NCBI GenBank assembly: GCA_002788675.1
Contig: PFRS01000005.1
Location: 199,767 to 263,766 of the forward strand
DNA length: 64,000 nt
Source: Candidatus Pacebacteria bacterium CG_4_9_14_0_2_um_filter_40_15
GTDB lineage: Bacteria > Patescibacteriota > Microgenomatia > UBA1400 > PJMF01
Direction of reading: 5' to 3'
Shown here: positions 18,729 through 27,991 of the stretch, piece after piece
Layout of the letters: the number at the start of each line of letters is the position of its first letter
How positions within the stretch are numbered: position 1 is the stretch's first letter
Position numbers and translations under genes: made by a program
Notes under the pieces: generated by a model
What the model was told of the DNA's origin: nothing
What the model saw: the letters and a program-made list of their open reading frames with translations, nothing else
The model's database searches: none

Positions 18729-19819
18729 AGCAAGAAACACGCGACACCATTGCCACGCTCATCGAAAAGTGGAATTCACTAAAACAAAATGTCGATGTCC
18801 TTGCACTTACTCAGCAACATTTAGATATTGAGGCCCAGACTTTTTCTGCTGATTTCTGGAACCGCAGCGATGCCCAAGCTGTGATGCGAGCCGCTTCAGT
18901 ACTTAAAGAACAGATCGAGGCCTACACGATCCTAGATACTCAGGCAGAAGAAATTACTACCTATCAGGACCTTGTCTCTGAAGATCCAGACTCTTACGAA
19001 TCAGTTGCAAAGGATCTTGATCGAGTGCTTGGAATCTTTGAAAAAAACCTTAAAAAGTTTGAACTTGCTCAATATCTTCAGGGTAAATATGATGCCAATG
19101 GCGCCATAGTTTCAATTCATTCTGGCCAAGGTGGCACCGAAGCAATGGACTGGGCAGACATGCTTAGGCGCATGTATCAGCGATACTTTGAAAAAAAAGG
19201 CTGGACTGCTCGCCTCATTTCAGAATCTCGTGGTGATGAAGCAGGTATAAAATCTGCGGAGTTCGAAGTTACTGCCAACTATGCCTATGGCTATCTAAAA
19301 GGTGAACATGGCACCCATCGATTAGTGCGTCAAAGTCCCTTCAATGCGGATAACCTCAGGCAAACCTCTTTTGCTTTGGTTGAAGTCCTCCCCATTGTTG
19401 ACGAAACCGATACTTCAATTGAATTACAAGATAGTGATCTTGAATGGAATTTTACCCGAGCTGGTGGAGCTGGTGGTCAAAATGTAAATAAAGTAAACAC
19501 TGCCGTTGAACTCACACACACACCAACAGGAATTGTAGTGAAATGCAGAGAAGAGCGATCACAAGTTCAAAATAAAGAACGAGCCCTACAAAAACTTCGC
19601 TCACAGCTAGCCTTAATTGAAGAAGAAAAACAACGCGCTGAAATCTCTAAAGAAAAAGGTGTGCATACAAATGCCAGCTGGGGCAGTCAAATTCGCAACT
19701 ATGTTCTCCATCCTTACCACTTAGTTAAAGATACACGCACCAAAGTTGAGACGAGTGATACTACGGCTGTTCTTGACGGTGATATTGACGAATTTATTCA
19801 AGCTGAAATTCAACTGTAA
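18725..19819 (+). CDS. prfB: Peptide chain release factor 2
   Basis: SPF tripeptide ([10 protein letters not shown]) and GGQ motif ([15 protein letters not shown]). It is a full-length single ORF with no +1 frameshift site. The ATGA start overlaps the stop of the upstream gene. Confidence 0.9.
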   Translation: MKQETRDTIATLIEKWNSLKQNVDVLALTQQHLDIEAQTFSADFWNRSDAQAVMRAASVLKEQIEAYTILDTQAEEITTYQDLVSEDPDSYESVAKDLDRVLGIFEKNLKKFELAQYLQGKYDANGAIVSIHSGQGGTEAMDWADMLRRMYQRYFEKKGWTARLISESRGDEAGIKSAEFEVTANYAYGYLKGEHGTHRLVRQSPFNADNLRQTSFALVEVLPIVDETDTSIELQDSDLEWNFTRAGGAGGQNVNKVNTAVELTHTPTGIVVKCREERSQVQNKERALQKLRSQLALIEEEKQRAEISKEKGVHTNASWGSQIRNYVLHPYHLVKDTRTKVETSDTTAVLDGDIDEFIQAEIQL

Positions 19820-19842
19820 TCTAGTTTATACTTACAAGTACT

Positions 19843-22800
19843 GTGACCGAACGTACTACCGATACCACTGTTCAGACACCTGTTCAACTCTCAGAAACAT
19901 TTGAATCTGCAGAATCTCTTTCGCCGCTTGAATTGTATGAACAAAAACGCTTTGCTGACTTGTTTTCTGTGTTCCCAACACTTCCAGAGGCTGCAAAACA
20001 AACCACATTACAACTACTTGCTCAAAAAGAGACTGTTCGACTGCTTGCCACCTACTTTGACCTCCTTGAACTCGATGCTGCAAATCTGGAATATTTGTTT
20101 GGGAACTGTGTAACTTTTGAAACCTGTACGTATTTTTTTGAAAATCTTACCCAAACCACCTTCACCTATGATGAAATCATTGCAACGCTCTTAAAAGTTA
20201 ATACTCAATTAGTAATTCTTGCTTTTCATAACCCTACTGCATTAAGTGCAAAAACCATTGAACTTCTCTCACAAGAAGGACATGACTACTCACATACTTT
20301 TGATCGCCTCATTGATTCCTGTACTAATGATGGAAAAATCGCAATACTTACACATTGGTTAGCTACGTACGAGTACGATACATTAGAGTCATGTATTGAG
20401 AAAACAGTGCACATTCCTCGCCCCTTAGTTGACAAACTGCAATCAATTCTACCCATAGAAGATTTTTTGTTTCATGTTAGTCGTTACGAAAGTTTTGACC
20501 ATGCGTCAGTTTTTGCAAAACTTTCTAAAGCTAATAAACTCTATGAACTGTATTCGTGTGCTCGCTATTTCCCAGAATGTAGCGAGACATTTTATTCTGA
20601 ACAACTGACTGAACACCCTGAGCATGAGATACTTTTAGTTACAAACTTTTCAAATTTCAGACATGATTCAGTCTTAGCTGATATTGAGCAAAGTATCTCA
20701 GCAAACAATTCTAAACATTTTGATGCAGATCGAAAATTAAGAATTCTATTGAATGATCAAATCCCACCTTTTACTTCTGTTACAGATCAGGAAGAGCTCT
20801 TTACCCTTTTAGCAACCCCAAAAACTGTGAGTAGGTGCCTAGCAATTGCCCTATCTACAAAACATTTTAATCTGATTCCACAAAGTGAACTTTTGGTAAG
20901 AATTGCAGGAATTCAAAATGGATACAGTGCACTCTACGATCATATAACAAATCCTTCATATGAATCAGGTATTCATTCAATACCTAATTCACTCTTTCAG
21001 AAATTGTTACTATTCGGTGGCCAAGACAGCTATACTCTCTTTAACAAAACAATTTTAAGTAAAATCGATAATTGGGATCAAAAAATGACTGCACAATTTT
21101 TTGAAGCTCAAAATCTAACTGAATATATATCTTACAAGATGTACTATTTTACAGAGGTAGAGAGCGATTTCTTTATTCGTAATTTTCCAGAAACTGAATT
21201 AGCTTCTGCAGTATATCGACATATACTTTGGGCAAAAAAAGTCTTCACAAAGGACGAGGTCTTCTTTTATCTAAAAAAACACGAAGATTACTCATTTCAT
21301 CAAATGTTGACCTTTGGAAATGAATCCCTCAAAACGTACATAGGAGAGACTGCAACCGATACAGAGTTGAGAGATGCTTTTGATGTAACCACAAAAGAAG
21401 GAGAACACGCTTTTCTCTACTTCAAAAGTAAGTATGTAGTACAGTCAGAACAACTGACTGTTAGTGATCGCATTGAAATTATTTTGGCAGAAGTTCAAAA
21501 CAAAGGCACCCTGCTTTTTGAAATACTCTATAATCAACCAGATCAACTAACCTATACAGACTTACAAGATGTTCTTAAAGTTTATCCAAACCTGTTTACA
21601 TTCAACCAATTTAGTAGATTTATTCATTGCCTTAAATGGGAAACATTCCCAACATCTTTTTTTCAAAAGGTACTAGCTCAAGCAAGTAGTGATAAAAAAT
21701 TTGAAGAAATCATTAGTTGTTTGCCCTGGATTCTCACCCATCTTTCTCCAGTTGTTCGAGAGTCTTTAACAACTGAAATATCAGAAAGCATTGCTGCATG
21801 CGAGCAAAAAGATATTTTTAATATGGTGGAATACTATCTCTCAATATCACGAATTGATGTGGCAGTTTTTATTGTTTCAGAGTTTGCGAAAATACAAGAG
21901 AGCCAAGATTTTTTTCAGCTACTCAGACTCCAAGTGGGAACTGAAAAAATTTCTAAAATAATGCAAAAGCTACTTGAAGAAGAAAATTTTGAGCAAGCAC
22001 ATATACTGCAAAAAAAGAGTAATATCTTCACTCTTGATGATTCGCATCTTTCACTCCCTTCAGAAACCCCTACTGAAAATTCAAAAGATACACTTTCCAC
22101 AATTAAGCGAGATGTAGAAACTATCGATCTTTTTAAAGATTTTGGCCTCTTTTATGCACATAAGTTTTTAGAGTATGAATTAGCACAATTGCATAACCAA
22201 CTTACTTTTCCAAGAACAATTGATCATAATTTTTTGGTTACTCAGCCACAAGAATACAGCTCAACAATACATAGGGCGAGTCTCGATCATATCGAAAAAT
22301 TTTTGGAAAATCAGGCAGAAGCACATACTCAAAAAGTATTACATACCCTGACACAACAACTTGTTGTAGCAACTGATTTTCATACATTCTCACAAGATAA
22401 CTTGCGCAATACAAAAGATGCCTACCTCATGGTGCCTCAACTACCCCAACTCTTACATACTAAATCTGATCTAGTACTAGCATTACAAAAACACATTAAA
22501 GTCTATGAAAAAATTGACAGAAAAGATTGGATGATGATTGCGATGGCTGCATATAGACTCGTCCTCCCAAATGCAAAAGAAAATGCTTCATTTTTACTTG
22601 ACCTTATTACAGATCTTGAACATGGGTCTGGATTTATTTTTTCTAGAGGGTACTACGAAAAATTCACTCTCAGTGACAACGAATACTCTCATAACCAATA
22701 TCGTGCCTTTCTGAGCTTCAAATCATCATGTACTTCCTTTACTGATTGGATTTCACACCTAAGATCTCACAACTATGTCCCGGAACCCCAACTAAAAGAC

Positions 22801-22869
22801 CTAGAAAGTATTTATAAAGCAATCCAACATCTTAAAACCGCCCCAACGCGCGCAAAAGGCTATGAATAA
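19843..22869 (+). CDS. Large hypothetical cytoplasmic protein (1008 aa), no recognisable domains
   Basis: Uninterrupted 3-kb ORF, aromatic/Leu-rich, with no TM. The only N-terminal start is GTG at 19843, with no SD and TATACT 11 nt upstream. The start is uncertain. Confidence 0.55.
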   Translation: MTERTTDTTVQTPVQLSETFESAESLSPLELYEQKRFADLFSVFPTLPEAAKQTTLQLLAQKETVRLLATYFDLLELDAANLEYLFGNCVTFETCTYFFENLTQTTFTYDEIIATLLKVNTQLVILAFHNPTALSAKTIELLSQEGHDYSHTFDRLIDSCTNDGKIAILTHWLATYEYDTLESCIEKTVHIPRPLVDKLQSILPIEDFLFHVSRYESFDHASVFAKLSKANKLYELYSCARYFPECSETFYSEQLTEHPEHEILLVTNFSNFRHDSVLADIEQSISANNSKHFDADRKLRILLNDQIPPFTSVTDQEELFTLLATPKTVSRCLAIALSTKHFNLIPQSELLVRIAGIQNGYSALYDHITNPSYESGIHSIPNSLFQKLLLFGGQDSYTLFNKTILSKIDNWDQKMTAQFFEAQNLTEYISYKMYYFTEVESDFFIRNFPETELASAVYRHILWAKKVFTKDEVFFYLKKHEDYSFHQMLTFGNESLKTYIGETATDTELRDAFDVTTKEGEHAFLYFKSKYVVQSEQLTVSDRIEIILAEVQNKGTLLFEILYNQPDQLTYTDLQDVLKVYPNLFTFNQFSRFIHCLKWETFPTSFFQKVLAQASSDKKFEEIISCLPWILTHLSPVVRESLTTEISESIAACEQKDIFNMVEYYLSISRIDVAVFIVSEFAKIQESQDFFQLLRLQVGTEKISKIMQKLLEEENFEQAHILQKKSNIFTLDDSHLSLPSETPTENSKDTLSTIKRDVETIDLFKDFGLFYAHKFLEYELAQLHNQLTFPRTIDHNFLVTQPQEYSSTIHRASLDHIEKFLENQAEAHTQKVLHTLTQQLVVATDFHTFSQDNLRNTKDAYLMVPQLPQLLHTKSDLVLALQKHIKVYEKIDRKDWMMIAMAAYRLVLPNAKENASFLLDLITDLEHGSGFIFSRGYYEKFTLSDNEYSHNQYRAFLSFKSSCTSFTDWISHLRSHNYVPEPQLKDLESIYKAIQHLKTAPTRAKGYE

Positions 22870-22929
22870 CTAGCTCACTCCTAAATCCAACTGTACACAA
22901 AACCTGTTCTTTTCTGGTATACTGGACGT

Positions 22930-23520
22930 ATGCAAAAACTAAATCTCTCTGGGACCGATACACTCGAGAAAGAAACGTCGGTTGACTCTGCTGTAATTGT
23001 GGCTGATAATAGTGAATCGGAAAGCGATGGCAGTGATTATGCAGTAGAAATACCTTCTCTACGGAAAAAAGAAGCACCCATGAAAAAATCTCAAAAAACA
23101 TTCCTAACTTTTGCCTTTGTAGCAGTTCTCCTTGGTGTTGTAACTGGATTCAGTGGGTATCGTCTTTATGCAAAATCCGGAGCAATGAGTGGCAGCAAAG
23201 AAGATCTTACAATGGTTGTTGATGGCGCAATCAAAAAAGGTGCTACTTTTGGTAGTAATGACGAATCATTTAAAGATACCGCGAAGGGATATCTCGAAAT
23301 TGGAGGATTTGAAGGTGAAGGTTCACATAAACTCCTTCGTCCGGGCGGAGATAACCAAACAGTCTACCTAACCTCTTCAGTCACTGATCTCAGTGAGTTT
23401 GAAGGTATGGAAATTGAAGTTTGGGGTGAAACATTCCAAGGACAATCAGTTGGTTGGCTTATGGATGTAGGTCGAGTAAAAGTACTTGAAACCAAAGCAC
23501 AACCACCTTCAGAAGAGTAA
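22930..23520 (+). CDS. Hypothetical membrane-anchored protein (acidic N-terminus, one TM, extracytoplasmic domain)
   Basis: 196 aa. TATACT ends 7 nt before the ATG, so it is probably leaderless. Confidence 0.5.
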   Translation: MQKLNLSGTDTLEKETSVDSAVIVADNSESESDGSDYAVEIPSLRKKEAPMKKSQKTFLTFAFVAVLLGVVTGFSGYRLYAKSGAMSGSKEDLTMVVDGAIKKGATFGSNDESFKDTAKGYLEIGGFEGEGSHKLLRPGGDNQTVYLTSSVTDLSEFEGMEIEVWGETFQGQSVGWLMDVGRVKVLETKAQPPSEE

Positions 23521-23599
23521 CCTTTTTCACTCCTTTTTTATACTTTTGAAATGCACTGTATATTGTGTATTCACCTCGAGAATGTACTAGATCTTAGTA

Positions 23600-23628
23600 T
23601 TGATTGCCGACACAGAACACGCTATAGT
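23600..23628 (+). promoter_or_regulatory. Sigma70-like promoter TTGATT-17-TATAGT for ftsEX-M23
   Basis: Hexamers with exact 17-nt spacing, 12 nt upstream of the ftsE ATG. Confidence 0.45.
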
Positions 23629-23639
23629 GAGGATGTTCT

Positions 23640-24809
23640 ATGATAGTTTTTAATTCTGTATACCGCACCTTCGATCCAGATGACTCTGGTTTAAAGGATA
23701 TTTCATTTACCATTGACCCTGGTGAACTTGTTATGATCACAGGCCACTCTGGTAGTGGAAAAACTACCATCATGCGCCTGCTTACTAAAGAGTACACTCC
23801 AAATAAAGGTGAGATTAGTTTTGATGAACAAAATCTTTCCAAGATTAAAAAAAGCAAACTCCATGAACACAGACGAAAAATTGGCGTCGTCTTCCAGGAT
23901 TATCGCCTAATTCCAGAAATGAATGTCTGGGAAAATATTGCACTGCCTTTAGCCATTACCGGTAAAAAAGATACTGAAATTGCCGAGCGCGTAACAGATT
24001 TACTTAATCTGATTCAACTTCCGGAGAAAGCTCATCTCTTCCCAAGTCAGCTTTCAGGTGGAGAAGCACAACGTATTAGTATCGCTCGAGCACTTGCAAA
24101 TGCTCCTAGAGTTATTTTTGCTGATGAACCAACGGGAAATCTCGATCAAGATACCTCACAATCCATTGCTCATTTACTCAAGCAAATAAATGAATTGGGA
24201 ACAACATTGATATTTGCTACCCATGACCCCAAAGTTCTCTCGATATTTTCTGATAAACGTCATATTAACTTAAAAAATGGCACCGTCGAGTTTGATACCG
24301 GTGAAAAGAAACCAAATTCAGCTAAAAAAGACTCAAAAAATGAAGATAAAGATACTGATAAGAAAGCTTCAGAAAAAGAAGGATCCACTAATAAAAAATC
24401 AGCAAATATCACAAAAAGCTCATCTAAAGAAAGTTCTGTGAAGAGTGAAACTACTACTGGCACTTCAGAACCTGAATCAAAGGATACATCAGAAAAAGAT
24501 ACAAAAGAAGAAAAATCAGAGAAACCAGCAAAAAAATCTGGTGGCTTGTTATCTCGCTGGTTTGGCTCAAAAGAATCAAAAACTGCAACTGAAAAAACTA
24601 ATGCAGATGGAAATGATCTCGATATCGAGATGAGATTAGTCGAGACAGATTCAAAAACTGAAGACACTAAAAATGATGACAAGACATCTGTCACAATGAA
24701 GGATGAGAAAACTTCCAAAAAGATAAATACTGCAAATAAATCTGATATTGATGCAGAAAAATCTTCAAATGATACATCAAAACACAAATCATCCAAGAGC
24801 AAAAAGTAA
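23640..24809 (+). CDS. ftsE: Cell-division ABC ATPase FtsE with ~165-aa low-complexity C-terminal extension
   Basis: Walker A GHSGSGKTT, signature LSGGEAQRISIARAL and Walker B IFADEPTGNLD lie within the first ~220 aa. The remainder is a K/S/E/D/T-rich disordered tail. Confidence 0.85.
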   Translation: MIVFNSVYRTFDPDDSGLKDISFTIDPGELVMITGHSGSGKTTIMRLLTKEYTPNKGEISFDEQNLSKIKKSKLHEHRRKIGVVFQDYRLIPEMNVWENIALPLAITGKKDTEIAERVTDLLNLIQLPEKAHLFPSQLSGGEAQRISIARALANAPRVIFADEPTGNLDQDTSQSIAHLLKQINELGTTLIFATHDPKVLSIFSDKRHINLKNGTVEFDTGEKKPNSAKKDSKNEDKDTDKKASEKEGSTNKKSANITKSSSKESSVKSETTTGTSEPESKDTSEKDTKEEKSEKPAKKSGGLLSRWFGSKESKTATEKTNADGNDLDIEMRLVETDSKTEDTKNDDKTSVTMKDEKTSKKINTANKSDIDAEKSSNDTSKHKSSKSKK

Positions 24810-24812
24810 CCT

Positions 24813-25682
24813 ATGAACTCACTCACCGCCGCCCTCACCACAATCCGCAGATCTCCCTACCAGGCTTTGGTCTCGATTCTTATGGTCAGTGTTACCTTTT
24901 TTGTTGCTTATATCTTTAGTTTTTTCATTGCTGGCGCTAACGAAGTACTGAGTTACTTCGAGACGCAGCCACAAATTATTGCCTTTTTCGAACTTGAAAC
25001 CCCGAGTAGCAGCATTGATTCGCTCAAAAAAAAGATGGAGAGTCAGTGGTATGTCGATTCAGTCAAAATTGTTACCCAAGATGAAGCTCTGAAAATTTAT
25101 CAAGAAGACAATAAAACTGATCCACTCCTTCTGGAGTTAGTCACAGCTGACATTCTGCCAGCTAGTATCGAAGTAGCAGCTAAAGATCTGAATTCCCTTG
25201 TTCTTGTAAAAGATGAACTCGAAAAAGCTCCAGATATTGAAGATGTCGTTTATCAAGAAGATATTGTAAAAACACTTGGTTCTTGGACACAATCTGTCCG
25301 TATGATTGGCGCTGGTGCCATTCTCACGTTAGCAACCATTTCATTCTTAATAATCATGATTGTGGTTGCCATGAAGGCAGCACATAAACGAGGTACCATT
25401 AAAATAATGCGCTATATAGGCGCAACGTCTTGGTATATTAAGCTTCCATTTCTCCTTGAAGGCGTGCTCTATGGCATGATTGGTTCACTTCTTGGTTTTG
25501 GCGCCACTATGGCCGCTCTTATGTATGCTTCCCCTTGGGTTTCTGAATTTTTAGGTGAAGTTCACATATTCCCTATACCGCCCGAATTCTTAGCTGCCCA
25601 AGTAGGAGCTGGCACAGTAGCTGGAATGCTTCTTGGCGGCTTTGCTGGTCTCTTGGCAGTACAAAGATTAATAAAGCAGTAG
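24813..25682 (+). CDS. ftsX: Cell-division permease FtsX
   Basis: 4-TM FtsX topology with a periplasmic loop. It follows ftsE by 3 nt. Confidence 0.8.
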   Translation: MNSLTAALTTIRRSPYQALVSILMVSVTFFVAYIFSFFIAGANEVLSYFETQPQIIAFFELETPSSSIDSLKKKMESQWYVDSVKIVTQDEALKIYQEDNKTDPLLLELVTADILPASIEVAAKDLNSLVLVKDELEKAPDIEDVVYQEDIVKTLGSWTQSVRMIGAGAILTLATISFLIIMIVVAMKAAHKRGTIKIMRYIGATSWYIKLPFLLEGVLYGMIGSLLGFGATMAALMYASPWVSEFLGEVHIFPIPPEFLAAQVGAGTVAGMLLGGFAGLLAVQRLIKQ

Positions 25683-25684
25683 CT

Positions 25685-26971
25685 ATGCGAACTCACTCCA
25701 CTGGCTTTTTCCACACTTGGCCGTCACTTTTGCGGAAGTTTTCTATTGGAATTTTTGCGGCACTCTGTATTTTTTCCACACTGAGTATTACTCCAACTTC
25801 TGTTTCTGCAGAGGCATGTGACGAAAACTGTAACAAAGATGCAGATGATAGCGAATACCTCCAATGTATTTCTCGTAAGAAGGAATGTCTAGAAAAAGAA
25901 CTTTCAGTCATTTCAGATCAAAAGAACACCCTCAACAACACTATTAGCCTGATTAGTGGCAACATTAGAGTTCAAGAGATACAAATTTCTCAGACAACGG
26001 CAGAAATCCGTGCACTCGAAAAAGAAATCACCGAACTCGACCAACGCATCGGTGGCCTCAACATTTCCCTTGATCGCCTCACCTCACTGTTAGTCAATAG
26101 AATTCGCAGCCAATATAAGCGCAATCGCGTCTCACCACTAGCACTCTTTACCAAGGCAGATACTTTCAACTCATTCCTTACACAGTATAAATACATTGGT
26201 CATGCTGGTGAACAAACCGCCAAGGCCATGAGCCTCGCCGAGTCCCAACGACTACTCTATGACGATCAAAAAACACTCAAAGAGGAAAAACAAACCGAGT
26301 TCCAGGCAAAAACTAACCAATTGCAAAGTCAGAAAACCGAACTCGACCGACAAAAATCAGAACAGACCGCTATCTTGGGAGTTACCAAAAATAATGAGGC
26401 AAAGTATCAAGAACTCCTGGCTGAGGCCCAAAAAGAACTCCAACAAATTGCCGACGCTGCCAACGTAGTTATCCGTGAAGGCAATGGAGTGCCCGTTAAA
26501 AAGGGTGAAACCATTGGTACTATGGGAAATTCAGGATTCTCGACCGGAGCCCACCTGCACTTTGGCGTGTATCGTTACAGTGCAGATCAGTTTGGTCAAA
26601 CCTCAAGTTGGGGGTGGTACTATAGTAACTACGTAAATCCAATTGAAAAACTCGGACCTACATCTGTTACTTGGGATACAGGCTGTGGCCATGATCCCAG
26701 TGGCAATCAGACATCAGGAAACGGCAGCTGGCAGTGGCCAATGACATCATCACGCATTACCCAAAACTATGGTTCAAATACCTGTTACAACTGGATGTAC
26801 GGCAATAAGCCACATCCTGCAATCGATATTGTTGGCATGGGTTCTAAATCTGTCACCGCCGTTGAGGATGGCGAAGCCTACTTCTGCAGGAACTGCCTCA
26901 ATGATGGAGGTAATGGTGTTTTCGTTTTTCATAGTGACAACTACATGACTTTGTACTGGCATCTTCAGTAA
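25685..26971 (+). CDS. Peptidase M23 family murein hydrolase/activator (EnvC-like) with coiled coil and Cys-rich C-terminal domain
   Basis: Signal peptide and a long coiled coil. M23 motif GTMGNSGFSTGAHLHFGVY (HxH). There is an extra ~130-aa C-terminal domain with 6 Cys. Confidence 0.8.
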   Translation: MRTHSTGFFHTWPSLLRKFSIGIFAALCIFSTLSITPTSVSAEACDENCNKDADDSEYLQCISRKKECLEKELSVISDQKNTLNNTISLISGNIRVQEIQISQTTAEIRALEKEITELDQRIGGLNISLDRLTSLLVNRIRSQYKRNRVSPLALFTKADTFNSFLTQYKYIGHAGEQTAKAMSLAESQRLLYDDQKTLKEEKQTEFQAKTNQLQSQKTELDRQKSEQTAILGVTKNNEAKYQELLAEAQKELQQIADAANVVIREGNGVPVKKGETIGTMGNSGFSTGAHLHFGVYRYSADQFGQTSSWGWYYSNYVNPIEKLGPTSVTWDTGCGHDPSGNQTSGNGSWQWPMTSSRITQNYGSNTCYNWMYGNKPHPAIDIVGMGSKSVTAVEDGEAYFCRNCLNDGGNGVFVFHSDNYMTLYWHLQ

Positions 26972-27059
26972 CTACTTGATCAATTCAACTCCCGATTCCC
27001 CATTGATATCTTTATATTTTTTACTATCTTCACTCAGAAATAGTGCAATCCTATAACTA

Positions 27060-27088
27060 TTGACAAAGCGACTTAGTGGTGATATAGT
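27060..27088 (+). promoter_or_regulatory. Sigma70 promoter TTGACA-17-TATAGT preceded by conserved AATCCTATAAC element
   Basis: Hexamers plus an upstream element shared with three other promoters in this region. Confidence 0.5.
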
Positions 27089-27169
27089 ATGCAATAGTAA
27101 TAACAGCAGACAAGCTGATTGGAGCCTACAACCACTCCAACTAGTAGATTCTGCACAAAAGGGAAACAT

Positions 27170-27505
27170 ATGAAAGCATTAAAACTCACCTTAGCTGGTG
27201 TTCTTGCTACAGCAACAATGCTCAGCTTCTCAACTGTGGTTTCTGCAGATACAGCTGAACAGTCACAATCTGCTGACCAAAAAGTAACAGTTAAATGTAC
27301 AACTGGTTCTTATGGACAAGACTCAACTTGTGAAGCTTCTGGAGAGCAATCTCTCGAGCAATCACAAAAGATTGTCTATACCAACGTTCTTGGTAAAACC
27401 CATGAGCCTGTTGATACAGCTCTCGACTTTGGTACTGCATCTGCAGCTGCCATGAGTTTAGTAACTGGTGCTGGTGCACTCGTACTTAAACGTAAGATTG
27501 CTTAA
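27170..27505 (+). CDS. Small secreted protein with C-terminal hydrophobic segment + KRK (sorting-signal-like)
   Basis: Signal peptide MKALKLTLAGVLATATMLSFSTVVSA. C-terminus ...GTASAAAMSLVTGAGALVLKRKIA. The start is set at the second Met; the ORF track starts at 27119. Confidence 0.55.
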   Translation: MKALKLTLAGVLATATMLSFSTVVSADTAEQSQSADQKVTVKCTTGSYGQDSTCEASGEQSLEQSQKIVYTNVLGKTHEPVDTALDFGTASAAAMSLVTGAGALVLKRKIA

Positions 27506-27529
27506 TTTCAACATTTGAAGCTAATTAGA

Positions 27530-27555
27530 AAGACCCCTTAACAGGGGTCTTTTTA
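27530..27555 (+). terminator. Rho-independent terminator (AGACCCC-ttaaca-GGGGTCT + T5)
   Basis: 7-bp GC-rich stem with a U-run. Confidence 0.75.
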
Positions 27556-27601
27556 GTTGTAGATGCTATGAGCAGTTTACTCAAGAATTAGTCCCATAGT
27601 A

Positions 27602-27630
27602 TTGACATATGTTAATGATCGTGTTATAAT
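27602..27630 (+). promoter_or_regulatory. Consensus sigma70 promoter TTGACA-17-TATAAT (with upstream CCCATAGTA element)
   Basis: Both hexamers are perfect and the spacing is 17. Confidence 0.6.
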
Positions 27631-27636
27631 ACTCTT

Positions 27637-27991
27637 ATTAGTGATGCACAAGCGTCACTCGCATACAACCAACATTAAACATTTCACTCTTGGTTGTAGA
27701 ACCGCTCATACATAAAATAGACACCTGTTGACAGCTGTCAGGCATTTACGAATGCTCTTCACCTGTCAACATACCGCATCTTGGCATTAGTGCCAAATCC
27801 TGCGGGCGAGACAGAAGCTGTTTTCAGATTTATCTGGAAACTGCACCTTAACAGGTATACAGAAAAAAGAAATTTCATTTCCTCTTGTAATTGGGAAAGA
27901 CAGAATTTGGTCGTTGTGCAACCCACAATGGGCGCGTTTATTGGTTGTAGCGTGCTCATTGTGGGTTGCAGACCCAGATTTTTGTTTTTTT
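27637..27991 (+). ncRNA. Candidate ~350-nt structured non-coding RNA or regulatory 5' leader of the 28072 gene
   Basis: It is bounded by a consensus promoter and a 14-bp hairpin plus U-run. It contains multiple internal inverted repeats: CAACCAA/TTGGTTG, TGTTGACAG/CTGTCAACA, TTGGCA/TGCCAA. The only ORFs are two short overlapping ones on opposite strands with no SD. Confidence 0.3.
27917..27991 (+). terminator. Long hairpin (TGCAACCCACAATG...CATTGTGGGTTGCA, 14 bp) + U-rich tract
   Basis: Perfect 14-bp inverted repeat with a 26-nt loop, followed by GACCCAGATTTTTGTTTTTTT. Confidence 0.55.

Noticed and set aside
18725-18820. Programmed +1 frameshift site in prfB
   Set aside because: The N-terminal region is one continuous in-frame ORF from the ATG. 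There is no short upstream ORF ending in CUU UGA.
24260-24841. 193-aa minus-strand ORF
   Set aside because: It is antisense to the low-complexity tail of ftsE, a mirror-image low-complexity reading (F/S/D-rich) with no start context.
27637-27991. Identity of the structured RNA as RNase P RNA, tmRNA or SRP RNA
   Set aside because: The conserved cores were not found: no GGAAAGUCCGG / ACAGAAACCCGGCUUA (RNase P), no GGUUCGAUUCC-CCA-like tRNA domain or tag ORF (tmRNA), and no SRP domain IV GNRA motif context. It is left as unclassified.
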